A stretch of 64,000 nt of DNA from Neoconidiobolus thromboides FSU 785. Lineage: Eukaryota > Fungi > Entomophthoromycota. Below the pieces are notes generated by a model. That model was not told the origin of the DNA. It saw only the letters and a program-made list of their open reading frames with translations, and did no database searches. The position numbers were made by a program, and so were the translations under genes. Of the stretch, positions 10,983 to 22,585 are shown one piece after another. The DNA lies in contig MU626273.1 of NCBI GenBank assembly GCA_025603075.1, positions 129,479 through 193,478 on the forward strand, read 5' to 3'. Numbering within the stretch: the first letter of the stretch is position 1; the number at the start of each line of letters is the position of its first letter.

Positions 10983-11990
10983 TCAAGTTTTATTTAGAAT
11001 ATAGGAAATAAAAGCTAGATTCAATAGATCAAACACAATATTTAAATTAATAAAATTCAACTGATTTATAAATTTTTCTAATAAAAAATTTAGATGATTA
11101 AATATTACGCTTAAAACCTCAATTAAATAACTCATAATTAAGTCCCAATAATAAAATATATTAAATTGACTTACATAATTATAAAAACAATTGAAGAGTA
11201 AATTTATTATTGGTATTTTATTTATCTCATTTACAATTGTTTGAATGATTTCACTATCTGCTAATGCCTTGCTCCATTGTTCGATTTCTTTTTTTGTTGT
11301 AATAATCTCGTTCACACTATTCTCTCGAATTGTTTCAATCAACTCTTCTTTAATTTCATTTAGTTTATTTTGTACGTTGTATATAACTACCCATGAAATT
11401 ACTTTAAACGATAAAATAATTAAAAAAATTGTCAGTATTATTAACTTCTTGCTTTTATTTACTATAGTGTTACTCTTGTACAATTGATTTTTTCTTTGAT
11501 TTCTTTTAAAAACGAATATAATTATAATCCCAAATAACACTATAACACCTACTTTAATAACATAAATCAAAATAACGATAAACTCAATTTGATCTACTTT
11601 TTGAACGAACAGGTCCGAATTAACGATATCTATATTACTGTCATTACTAATAGTGCTAGATAGTTTATCAACTATATCATTAAATAAATCTAACTTGACG
11701 CTTTTACAATTGAATAAATTGAATAGTATATCTTTTACTAATACGACTATAATGTCTTTGATTCTGTTTAATAATTGATTAATATCATCTACTTTTAAAA
11801 TGGTACTAATTTGCTGTAATATTAACAATATAATTTTAATGTGATTGTTTATGGAAGATATTGAATCAGCAATAAATAGCTTCAATTGTTGAAATTTTCT
11901 ATTATAATTTATTATATCACTTATTAGTTTCATCAGTTCATAAATCAGTATATATATAATACTTAAAAATTGATGATTTAAATTGTTCAT
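10983..11990 (-). CDS. Hypothetical 335-aa membrane protein (central TM pair flanked by long amphipathic helices)
   Basis: 1-kb stop-free frame in extremely AT-rich DNA; TMs FIVILIYVIKVGVIVLFGIIIIFVF and LIILTIFLIILSFKVISWVVIY. Confidence 0.6.
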   Translation of the reverse strand: MNNLNHQFLSIIYILIYELMKLISDIINYNRKFQQLKLFIADSISSINNHIKIILLILQQISTILKVDDINQLLNRIKDIIVVLVKDILFNLFNCKSVKLDLFNDIVDKLSSTISNDSNIDIVNSDLFVQKVDQIEFIVILIYVIKVGVIVLFGIIIIFVFKRNQRKNQLYKSNTIVNKSKKLIILTIFLIILSFKVISWVVIYNVQNKLNEIKEELIETIRENSVNEIITTKKEIEQWSKALADSEIIQTIVNEINKIPIINLLFNCFYNYVSQFNIFYYWDLIMSYLIEVLSVIFNHLNFLLEKFINQLNFINLNIVFDLLNLAFISYILNKT

Positions 11991-12157
11991 GTTTAAATGT
12001 TATCAAGTTATTTTTAGCTATATAGTCTTTTTTATACTACATTAGCATTAATTTTAAACTGTGAATATATAGAACAAAGCAAAAACAAAGGTAATGAAAA
12101 TTTAAAATAAAATAAAATGATGAAAGAAGATTTAAATAAAGAAAATGTAAATGCTGT

Positions 12158-12562
12158 TTATAAACCAATAAGTCCTTTAGCAAAACCCCATGCTTTCTTT
12201 AAAAAGTTTCTTTTTGTTACTTGGGTTGGATCTACAGTAGGAGGAACTTCTTGAGTAGTTGCTTGAGTTGCAGTATTATCAGTAGCTTGAGTAGTAGTGG
12301 TAGTACTTGAGGCTGTTACATCTTTGTTTTTGTTCTTTTTACTTTTATCTTTGCTTAATTTGCTTTTAATCCACTGTTTTCCCACCTCGGCTGTGCTTTT
12401 TAAAATTTTGACTCCTTGTTTGGCCACTTTCATTGAGTTGGTAGTAAGATCTCTCTTAGTTAATTCATTGGCAGGGAAATTACCAGCATTATTGGCTGAT
12501 ATACTTGCTGAGCTAGCACCAAGTACTAATAAAGAGGAAAAGACTAAAGTATTAACTTTCAT
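12158..12562 (-). CDS. Secreted 134-aa candidate Kex2-processed peptide precursor (P2)
   Basis: Signal peptide MKVNTLVFSSLLVLGASSA; ELTKR| and QVTKR| dibasic sites; C-terminal NFLKKAWGFAKGLIGL. Confidence 0.88.
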   Translation of the reverse strand: MKVNTLVFSSLLVLGASSASISANNAGNFPANELTKRDLTTNSMKVAKQGVKILKSTAEVGKQWIKSKLSKDKSKKNKNKDVTASSTTTTTQATDNTATQATTQEVPPTVDPTQVTKRNFLKKAWGFAKGLIGL

Positions 12563-13442
12563 AATTAAATAAGATTAAATATTGGTTGTTTATTTAACAA
12601 AGTTCTTCAAACAAAGCTTATATACTTTTAAAAAAACGGAGTTGTCATAAAGTATTATTAAGACAAATAATATTAATATATTTAATAATTTATTGCTCCT
12701 TATTACACTCGTTTTAATCTTATATGATATTATTCCAATCTATTAATTTTGATAATTATTTACTATTTTTAGTCTAAACTTTAGTATTTGAAAATGGTTG
12801 CTTTATTTGAAACTAATAAGGTTATAAATTAGGAGATATTTTGATATTAAATTAAAAATGAGGAAATATTTGAATAATACAATTAATAAGATATTCAGAA
12901 AATAGGTCATATTAAATATATGAAATTGAAATCCAACAAAATAGTAATAAAGCTCCATTTTGTGATAAAATATTGATGCTTTTTAATAGAGATTATACTA
13001 ATTTTTGATCAAACTTTAACCCAAAATTGTATTTTCTAAATTTAGAATGTTTCAAATAATAATAAATTAAATTTCTATGCTTTAAATAAATTTTAAAAAT
13101 ATACATTCCAAAAGCAGTATCAATTGAATTAGTATGTTAAAAATAAAAAATAAAAGTATTTTAAGCTTGTAATTTTATTGCTACTTCCTCTTTCAACAAT
13201 CTAGTTTTTTACATTTTTCTGAATAAGTATTATATCAAACACCTGGTAATGTTTATTTTTTTATATTCCTCAAGCACAATCTAGCAATAAAACATAATTA
13301 ATTGTAATTTTTGAGCTTAAATAAGGTCTTTTAGTTATTTATTATTTGGTTTGTAGCTTTTATTTATTCAATATATACGCTAAATAACTATATAAATTTA
13401 AAAAATAAGTTGTAAAGTTATATAGTTTAATAATTAAGATTT

Positions 13443-13841
13443 TTAAGCTAAGAATTTGAGTAATTTAGCAACTGAGCGTTTAATAGCTCGTGTAACCTTT
13501 GGAGGGACAGATGGTTGTTGTGTAGTGACGACAGCATCAGCAATAGGAGTGGGAGTAGGAGCAGTTCCAGAAGCAACAGCAGAAACAGAAGGAGAAGGAT
13601 TCATTTTGGAATTTAAGTTACTTAAAGTATCTTTGATAATACCAGTACTTTCTTTCTTTAGGAAACCTTTTATACCTTGAAGCACGTTTGGTGAACCTCC
13701 TGTTGGAGTTGGGGTTGGATTGATACTAGCAGCACTAGAGGTAGCTGCTACTGTTGATTGTTTTTTAACTTTTTTAGCACTAACAGTATTGGTTCCGGCC
13801 AACAAAATAGTTCCGATGAGTAATAAAGTATTAAATTTCAT
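13443..13841 (-). CDS. Secreted 132-aa candidate peptide precursor (P3)
   Basis: Signal peptide MKFNTLLLIGTILLAGTNTVSA; PTPTP linkers; GIKGFLKKEST helix; AIKR|SVAKLLKFLA C-terminus. Confidence 0.85.
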   Translation of the reverse strand: MKFNTLLLIGTILLAGTNTVSAKKVKKQSTVAATSSAASINPTPTPTGGSPNVLQGIKGFLKKESTGIIKDTLSNLNSKMNPSPSVSAVASGTAPTPTPIADAVVTTQQPSVPPKVTRAIKRSVAKLLKFLA

Positions 13842-13913
13842 TGTAAATAAATATTATTTTTTATATTGTATTTTAGATTCTGTAAATTTTATTTGAGCGT
13901 TTATATACCTTTC

Positions 13914-13958
13914 GTTTTATTTGTTTTATTTGTTTTATTTGTTTTATTTGTTTTATTT
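13914..13958. repeat. Tandem repeat (GTTTTATTT)x5 in the P3 promoter
   Basis: Five exact 9-bp units read directly. Confidence 0.9.
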
Positions 13959-15080
13959 GTTTTTTTGTTTTTTCCTTTTTTAACTTAATTCATTTTTCAC
14001 TTACCATTTTTAATTTGCACCTATTCTTGCTCTTCCTTATTTCAGTATCCCATTACTATAAGCTCACTACGCTTGGTTTCATCAATAAATAGCTAAATAC
14101 TTTATATCATCTTTCAATAATTAATAAATATATCAACTTGTATATAGCTATATTTTTACAACTACAATGTAAGTATTCTTAAACTTATTGCCACTTTATT
14201 CCCATTTTCAATTTTTTATCATGTTTATATTAATTTATAAATAGCTTATAAGCATAAATCCTTACAAAGATCCAAAAATAACGATGCTTGATATTTCGAT
14301 ATTAATTACTACTTTTCAAAAATGTTGTATACCATTTTGGTATAACATTGCCTACTTTTAAGAGTAAATTTGCAAAATAAGTTCAACTTGAAAATGGGAA
14401 CTAATTAATATAAAGTGAAGATGAAATTTGAATGTTAATCATTCTTTAAAAATGACAACGTTTCTATGAAAAGTAGTCAATGTTTTATTAAAAATAGTAT
14501 AAATAAACCTATTGTTAAACTTCAATCTAATAATGTGGACTTAACTCATGTACAATTATGTGATGTTATGCCAGGAAAAATGAAAGCGCCATATGGTGAT
14601 ATTTTTTTATCAATTGTTTATTTTGCCATTTTTTTGAAATTTAAAAATTAATTATTTAATACAAACCGTTCAAGCTTAGATATGTGTGACTAACTATTCA
14701 TTTTAATAAGCTCTAATTATTAACCTGTATATTAGCATGATAGCATGAGTAGTTGGTTATAGAAATCGTTATTATCTAGGGCATATTCGAACTTAAACAG
14801 AGCTGTATTAGTTATTTTTAACTCGAAAAATAGTAAATGGGGACAATCAATAGAAAACTCCCCATATTATTAGGTATTCCCAGAAGTAGATGTTTTTTTG
14901 GGCAAGAATGATGGCAAGTAAATCATTAATATTTTAAAATATTTATTTAAAAATGAATAAATTACTATTAAATTTAAATTTTAGGTTTTTACTATTAATA
15001 AAATACTAAGTCATCTTTGAAAAAAGTTTAAAAATAAAAACAGATTCGCTTTTTTCAGCTGTAAATATCAAAATTTTAAT

Positions 15081-15128
15081 CAAATAGTGTTTAAAGATAG
15101 AAAAAGTGATCAAGCTAAAAAACACCCC
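15081..15128 (-). mobile_element. MITE family 1, half copy
   Basis: caaatagtgtttaaagatagaaaaagtgatcaagctaaaaaacacccc aligns to one half of the consensus. Confidence 0.7.
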
Positions 15129-15160
15129 ATCTCTTTTTTTCACTTGAATTCCTGTATTTT

Positions 15161-15252
15161 GGGGTGTTTTTTTTGTTTCATTACTTTTTCCATTTTTTAA
15201 GTGCTATTTGAGTGGAAAGATTGTTAGTAAAATTTTAAAAAAATACATCCCC
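15161..15252 (+). mobile_element. MITE family 1, copy b
   Basis: GGGGTGTTTT...ACATCCCC; flanks (A)TTTT/ATTT. Confidence 0.85.
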
Positions 15253-15395
15253 ATTTACTTTTTTGTTTTTTTATAGGCGCAATTCTACATAATTGTGTCC
15301 AAGTTTAAATCTATACCATATGTTTTTGGAAATTAAAAATAAACTTACAGCTATTTCAACTTATAGCTAAAATTTATTTTGTTTTATTTTTAATT

Positions 15396-16297
15396 ATGAG
15401 CAATATAGAAAAAGTAGAGAACCAAAGATCAATGAGTTTAAGTAATGACAGCGACGAAAATCAAGTGATAGATGACAAAGACAATAGCAATAGTGAAGAA
15501 ACAAATGAAACAGAAAATAAAACGCAGTCTGAGTAAGTAATCCACTTTTAATAGTGAAATAGTACAATTTAATTTGATAGAGATAATTTGAAGCTACATG
15601 ATTTAACTGTACAGGCCGATTATGAGGGAAGTATAGTGCCACCACTTACACATAGTAATATACAAAGCGTTTTGCAAATAAATGAGGCTTTGATTGCACT
15701 TTTAGTTGATTATCAAAATAAAGATTGGGTTGATGATCCTAATTTTATAATGTAATTATGTCGCTAGTAATGATGTCAATAATGTCTAATGGAATTTATT
15801 TTATAGTTACCAAAAGCGACTACAAACCAATCTAACTTATTTAGCTTCTGTTGCTGATCATTATCTTAACCCTCAGGTAATCAATTTTAAATTAAAGATT
15901 TGAAAAATAACTTATATCATGATAGAACGGAGATGATACGTTAAAACATAAAATCCCATCGGTTCCTTCACGCGGTAGTAGAAAATTAAGTCCATCAAGC
16001 TTGAATGAAGTACTGGGCTACACAGCTACTTCTGTTAAAGCTAAATTTAGCTCTACAGATCCAAGGCTTGCACTATTTGATAAATTAGCAGCGCTGAGGG
16101 TTGAAGAAAGTATGGCATATAGAGAAACGAAGCCAGAGTTTGGTACTGCAAAAAAGAATCCAGAACCTTCGCCTTATGATCTTCATGTTACTTATAAAGT
16201 ATTTGATCCCCCAATCCATAGCTCTGAAGCTAAAACTAGCACTTTATTAGCACCGTTCCGATTGCCTAGTGAGGTTGAACTCCCCCCATTTAAATAA
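15396..16297 (+). CDS. SSXT (SS18/SYT N-terminal, SNH) domain protein; join(15396..15532,15581..15751,15807..15876,15926..16297)
   Basis: Spliced product contains IQSVLQINEALIALLVDYQN...YQKRLQTNLTYLASVAD, matching the SSXT pattern IQKxLDEN..LI..I..YQ...YQ..L.RNL.YLA.IAD; all three introns are GT-AG and preserve frame. Confidence 0.85.
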
Positions 16298-16614
16298 TTT
16301 ATTTATAAAAATTTTGTTTTAAATATGATGATGCTTTTTTTATTTTTTAAAAGGGCAATGGTCATCTTCATATATTACATAAGCACCGTGAATTTATATT
16401 ATATAGTCTTTGAAGTTAACAAAGTAAATTATTTAAATTTTAAATTCAGTACAAGTAAATATTTTGATTTTTTAGTAAAATCGATATTTAAATCTATTTA
16501 TTCTAAACTGCTAAAACATAAATAACTATTAGATAACAACTTTTATTATTTAAGGATCTCAAAGTTAAAATTTATTAATGTTTAGTGTTAAAGTGGAATA
16601 CCGATAGAAAATTA

Positions 16615-19281
16615 TTAAGCTTTAAACGAAGCTGGGGCTGAGTTTGAATTTGAACTTTTATCTGTACTCTCAGCCTCAAATTCATCTATACTTGTGGTAC
16701 TAGTTTGGTCTCGATATTTACCATTTTGTGCGACATGTAACCACTTTCTTAGTACACTTTGAAAATTATTATAAATTACCGGCTTTGATATATGATCATT
16801 CATTCCTAGTGATAGAAAGTGCTCTTGATCTGCTAATAATACATTGGCTGAAACGGATATAATTATTTGTTCGGAGTCAACTTTACGTATTTCTCTACAA
16901 ACCTAATAAATTGCTATTAAATCAGAATTAAAAGATTGAATTTGCAATTACCTCATCCCCATCCTTTTTTGGCATAGATTGATCTAGCAGTATAACATGA
17001 AATCCCCCCTTTGGTTTAGCATAGTAAGCATCTAAAGCCGCTTGTCCATCTCCTACCATAGTTACTTCAATATCACCCATTTTCTGCAAATATCTCTTGA
17101 GGATAGCTTGATTAACAGGATTATCTTCTGCGATTAAAATTTGGAATATTTTCGGTTGACCGTTTATATTTAGTTTTTGTAGTGTATTATTTTCATTCGA
17201 AGATGCTCTGCGCAATAAGTCTGGTCTTACACTTTTTGAGCCACGTGATGATTTCGATCTAGATGGACTTTTTACTATTGTATTACTATTTGTTGGATAA
17301 GGTAGCTGATTTGAAGTTCCTAAACATAATCGCATATTTGATCGGAATGTTTGGTGCCTTATGAGCTTGCTTAATGAAAAGTTTAATCTATTTTCGGTAC
17401 TGTTCACTTTATATACCATTAATGGTATTTCAACTACTATTTTTGTTCCCATATTAACTTCAGAATTAACGCTTATTTTCCCTTTCATAAGCTCAACCAA
17501 TGACTTTGTTATTGCTAATCCTAGTCCGGTACCACCAAATGCACGCCTTTTTGATGTATCTGCTTGGATCCATGGTGAAAATATACTTGGTAAAACTTTA
17601 GAGCTGATCCCTATTCCACTATCTATTATGGTGAATTCAAATAATAAATTCTCTTGATCTAAATGTTTAAACTTTGTTTCCAACTTGACCGAACCATTGA
17701 AAGTGAATTTAATCGCATTTGAAAGAAGATAGCTTAATAACTGGGAAAGTCTATTTGGATCTCCTAAAGTAGGTATCACCTTTTCGATTGGTGATATTTC
17801 AAATTCTAGGCTTTTACCAAGAGCTTTGGGCATAAAAATTTTGTTCAATTGCCCAAGAACATCTTTAATATTAAATGGGATACTTTCGATGGTTAATTTT
17901 CCTGATTCGACCCTTTGAAAATCAAGGATATCTTCAATAACTGACATCTTAATATTATTAGAATAAATAAACAATGATTAAAGAATAGTTACTAGATTTC
18001 TTGCAGACTCATTTGTATGTTCCAAGAGGGCAAGTTGGTCTGAATCAATTATTGTTTCCATTAACATACATACATTTCCAACAATACCAAATATCTATTT
18101 TAAAAATAGGTTAAAAATAAATAAAAGTATCGTGATTATTTTTACGGGTGTCCTTATTTCATGTGACATCATAGCTATAAATTCAGATTTCATTCTTGCT
18201 GTGGTTTGGGATGCTTTTTGTGCCAAAATTAATTCCTGTTTTTCTTGCTCAGCTTTTTTATGATCATGCACATCTATTTAAATAACTTTATCAGTATACA
18301 ATACATATGTTTTAAGCTCATCTACCTGTAGCAGTAGTAACCCATCTTACTACCCTACCAGTGTTTTTCTCAAAAATTGGAACAGAATTTAATAAATACC
18401 ATCGATATTGTGACTCGTCGATATTACTATTGGAAATAAAATTTTGCTTCTCCTCCAAATAATGGCTATAATGACGATATCTTATTTCAATTGTGTAAAT
18501 AGCTGGCTCCTATTAGAATTAGGTAAAACACAAATAAATGATATAATTACAAACCTTTAGTAACCTAATGAACAGGGGCGCGAACCTTTTCCAATCTTCT
18601 GGATGCATACAAGCCTAAACTTAAATTTATATGGTGCTTAATATATTAAAAAATAAAACTACCTCCCAATTGCCTCCAACAGTTAATCCAAGGGTTTCAT
18701 GAACTTTGCTATTATAATATCTATTTTGAAAAGAATTAATATGGTTTAAGAAAATAACAATGATTTTACTCAGCATCCCCATTACCAGTTAAGCACCAAA
18801 TCATACATGGTAAAGAATCTGCCAATAATTCAAATTCTTCCATTAATTTTTGCTTCCTTGATAATTCATGGATTGGCGCAACCTGAGGGGCATAAGTTAC
18901 CGATGAAAAAGCGGATATATTTTTTATACCAACAGAATAATAAATAGTGCTATTCAAACTCCACTCTTTTACTTTTACGGAAACTACTTTACTCGAATTT
19001 GTAGAAGGATCATTTACATGACAAAAACATAAATCAAGTATAGAAGTAGCTTGGTTCTCGCCATTTGCGTTGAGAAGTTTTGGAAGAAAATGACGATGTA
19101 AAAACTCCTTCAAAGGGGTTTGTAAAATGGACTGTTTATTTTCGTAACCTAAAATTATAGCAACAGATTCCGTACAATCAACAATAGTATTGATATCACA
19201 AATTAAAAGAGGATCTAAGCTGGCATTACATAGCAAATGAGCTATAGTTGCAGCATTTAAATTGACTATATCCTCAACCAT
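16615..19281 (-). CDS. Hybrid two-component histidine kinase 1 (PAS-like, PAS/PAC, HisKA, HATPase_c, REC), multi-exon
   Basis: H-box MMSHEIRTP, N-box LSNAIKFT, G1 DSGIGI, G2 GGTGLGL, REC AEDNPVN / LLDQSMP / HISKP; PAS motifs LADSLPCMIW and HPED. Confidence 0.93.
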
Positions 19282-20810
19282 AAAAATAATTTAAAAGATA
19301 AATGACATAAAAGAACAAATTTAACATTTTAAAAAATAGTGGAATATAAGCCTAGACTTTGTTGATTTGATCTTAAGCTAATAGGATCTGCTAAATTTCC
19401 ATCATTTGGAAGGAATTTGTCAAACTTTTGTATTAAATAATCATAAATAATTGTTTTTAATCATGTTTTATCAAGACCTTTATTTGTTTTCTCCCAACTA
19501 TCTAATAATTAAATTCATAAATTCATGCTAAAATTATGCAAAAAACACACTGATAAATGCTATTTTAGTGAACGTTTAGTTTGATTTACTATATTATAAT
19601 ATAAAGAAAATACAGTATTGGTATAGTCTATACAATTTTTTTTATACAAGAAGAGCTTGATCGAAGTCTAGACTCTCAAATCTAGATTAGCTTATCATTT
19701 AATTTAATTATTCTTAGAAAATATAGATACATCACGTTTGAATAACTAGTTTGTATAACTTAACTTGAAATTGTTCCTAATAAAGAATTAAAAAAGACAT
19801 TTTAAAATAATTCCTGCTTATTCCAAAATGGTAAATTAAAGCTTCTACTTCAAAGATTTATCAAAGTATTTTTATTTTCTATTTTTACTATGTAGATATA
19901 ACTGAATATTAGCCTTAATGTTCAACTATGAGTTGTTTAATTTTATGAATGTAATTTATACAATTGTATATAACATATTACTAAAAATATTAAAATTTTA
20001 TTGGTTTAAAAATCATGCAATATTACACTACAACTGCTGTTATACCGCGATATTCTTTAAATTTTAAAGTTTTATTTACCTCAATATTTTTTATCCCCCA
20101 ACTTTCTATTTGTGTAGTTCAATTTTCCATCATTTTTTTTAAATACAATTCTGTTTGTTATAAACCTTGTTATTCCATGAGCGTTTTATTTGAGTCATTC
20201 ACTGCCTTTTGATACACAACTACTATGCCTTTATCACCATATTTCAGTTTTTAATTCGAATAAATAATTAATCATATATTGCGTACTTTTACTTTATTAG
20301 TTTTAAAAATTCATTAATCTAAGTTTAAAGTTAGAGAACTTAACTTCACAATAAGCCATACTTAAATATATTAGTATTCTTAAATGAATACATACCTTTT
20401 AATACTACTTTTAAATATAAGTTCTATCAACTGATGCATACATGCATGTACTTATAACTATGATTTTAGTGACAAAATAGCTATATTAAATCTTGCTTTT
20501 AGTATAATATAATATAATTTATTAATATGGAAAATAGACTATAGAAGCAGTAATTATTAAAATATTTAAAATTTATGAATTATATTAATATTAAATAAGC
20601 TGAGTTAACTATTTAAATAAATGAATTTAATAAATCCTATAATCTTTTAATGTTTGATTTTAATTTACAATGATTTTATTTGATTAAAACCATTTAACCA
20701 ATTAAATTCGTACAATATACATGTTTTTAAGCTTCTATAGGTTTTAAAGTTCTTATTTTTAAGCGTTTTATGTATTAGCATTATTAGTTTCAAGATTTTA
20801 GTAATAATAT

Positions 20811-20907
20811 GGGGCTGTTTTTTTTGGTTTCATTATTTTTCCATTTTTTAAGCGCTATTTGAGTGGAAAAACCGTTAGTAAAATTCTTAAACACAAAATA
20901 CATCCCC
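20811..20907 (+). mobile_element. MITE family 1, copy c
   Basis: GGGGCTGT...ACATCCCC; TSD ATAT/ATAT. Confidence 0.9.
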
Positions 20908-21245
20908 ATATTATATTTCTAAATTTAATGTATTTTTTACATTTCAATGTTTTTATTATAAATCTAAGCCTTATGAAAATAATTAAAGTGGTCAGACAGA
21001 TTTAAAGTAAAAATTCAATCAAGATCCTTATTTGTAAATTACTACATCAAACAATAAGCTTTAGACTTACTCTTACTTTTTAATTATTGCTATCAAAAAA
21101 ATATTTTATTTTCGCTTAACTCGCACTATGAAACTTTTTTTAACTCTTGATATTCAATAAACACATAGTTTCTAAATTAGCATAAATATTACAAAATAAT
21201 AAAACCTGCTATTTTAATAATATCATTAATTTTATAGATATATAT

Positions 21246-21341
21246 GGGGATATGTTTTTTTGTTTAAGAATTTTACTATAATCTTTCCACCAAAATAGCG
21301 CTTAAAAAATGGAAGCATAATGAAACCAAAAAAACAGCCCT
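21246..21341 (-). mobile_element. MITE family 1, copy d
   Basis: GGGGATAT...CAGCCCT; TSD ATAT/ATAT. Confidence 0.9.
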
Positions 21342-22005
21342 ATATCTTTCAACTAAAGCGTTATACTAAAGTAAAAATTGTTTTTAGAATCGACTTTTAT
21401 AATTTTCAAAAATGTGAAATATCGCTTTGTCAGTCCCATGGTTAATTATAGCACAACAATCGCCTAAGCTGTTGTGTTCTTGAGTTCAGAGAAAATCAAT
21501 CCCACGTTCTTAGTTTGATTTGCTATGAGAATTTCTAGCTCCATCCAAAAGAATATTATCTTCTCATTTTGATATCTATACTTTTCAGAGTATAAAACAG
21601 ATTTTAGAGTACAGTAGTTCAAGGCTTTTTAACTGAATTATTCCCTGGTATCTCGAACATTTAATAAAGCCACTAAGTTTTCCTAATAGTATTTTACGTA
21701 GATTTTACATTAGTGTTGTCTATTCTATTTGTCTTATATAGCTTGTAACCTATTATGTGCTATTCCTCATAATCCAAGTCTATCTTAGTCACATAAACTA
21801 AGACCTTTCGACTTATAGTGTAGTCAACCCACCAATAGCTGTTCTTGACTCCAAACCCTGAGTACCAGATTTCACAAAAAACAAAAAAAATCCACTATAA
21901 AGTAATAGAGGTACTTTGGGCAAAATGTCAATATTAAACTAATGGTTTGGTTAAGAAAACAATACTTTTTGTTTTAACTGAAATGAAAGATGAAAATCAC
22001 TATAC

Positions 22006-22098
22006 GGGGATGTTTTTTTGGCTTCACTTTTTCCATTTTTAAGCACTATTTGAATGGAAAAGTTGTTAGTAGGATTCTCAAACAAAAAAATATATCCC
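22006..22098 (+). mobile_element. MITE family 1, copy e
   Basis: GGGGATGT...ATATCCC; flanks ATAC/ATAT. Confidence 0.88.
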
Positions 22099-22490
22099 AT
22101 ATTTTAAAATATAATTTACTTCAATATCTATTGCTATTTAGTTTTAGATTATTTAAATCATCCTAATGAATTTTATTTTGAGCTACATAGGTAGGTCAAA
22201 AAGTTTGTATGGTGAAGGGCTTAAAGGGAAGATAGATATAAATCCTTTACAGCAACGCATTGCGTATATTCGAAATATAACATACCCAAAGTTTCATATT
22301 AATTGAATTGCTCATCCTGCAAATACAATTAAAATAAAAAACTATTGCAACAAAATTTTTGTTATAATTTTATATCTATCTTCTAACAGAAAATTGTCAA
22401 AATGTATTATGTTTCGAAGTTCTGACTATACATTAATAATGAAAAATCCAATTAACATTAAATATGCAGATATTATATTTATGACTATAT

Positions 22491-22585
22491 GGGGATGTAT
22501 TTTTGTGTTTAAGAATTTTGCTAGTAATTTTTCCCCTCAAATAGTGCTTAAGATGGAAAAAGTAACGAAGTCAAAAAACATCCCC
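22491..22585 (-). mobile_element. MITE family 1, copy f
   Basis: GGGGATGT...ACATCCCC; TSD ATAT/ATAT. Confidence 0.9.

Noticed and set aside
20015-20260. Short ORF and antisense coding-like fragment
   Set aside because: Multiple stops and no recognisable motif.
21400-21880. Possible reverse-transcriptase remnant (minus-strand KIDLDYEE, SFGW)
   Set aside because: Many stops and only vague motif resemblance; cannot be supported without a search.
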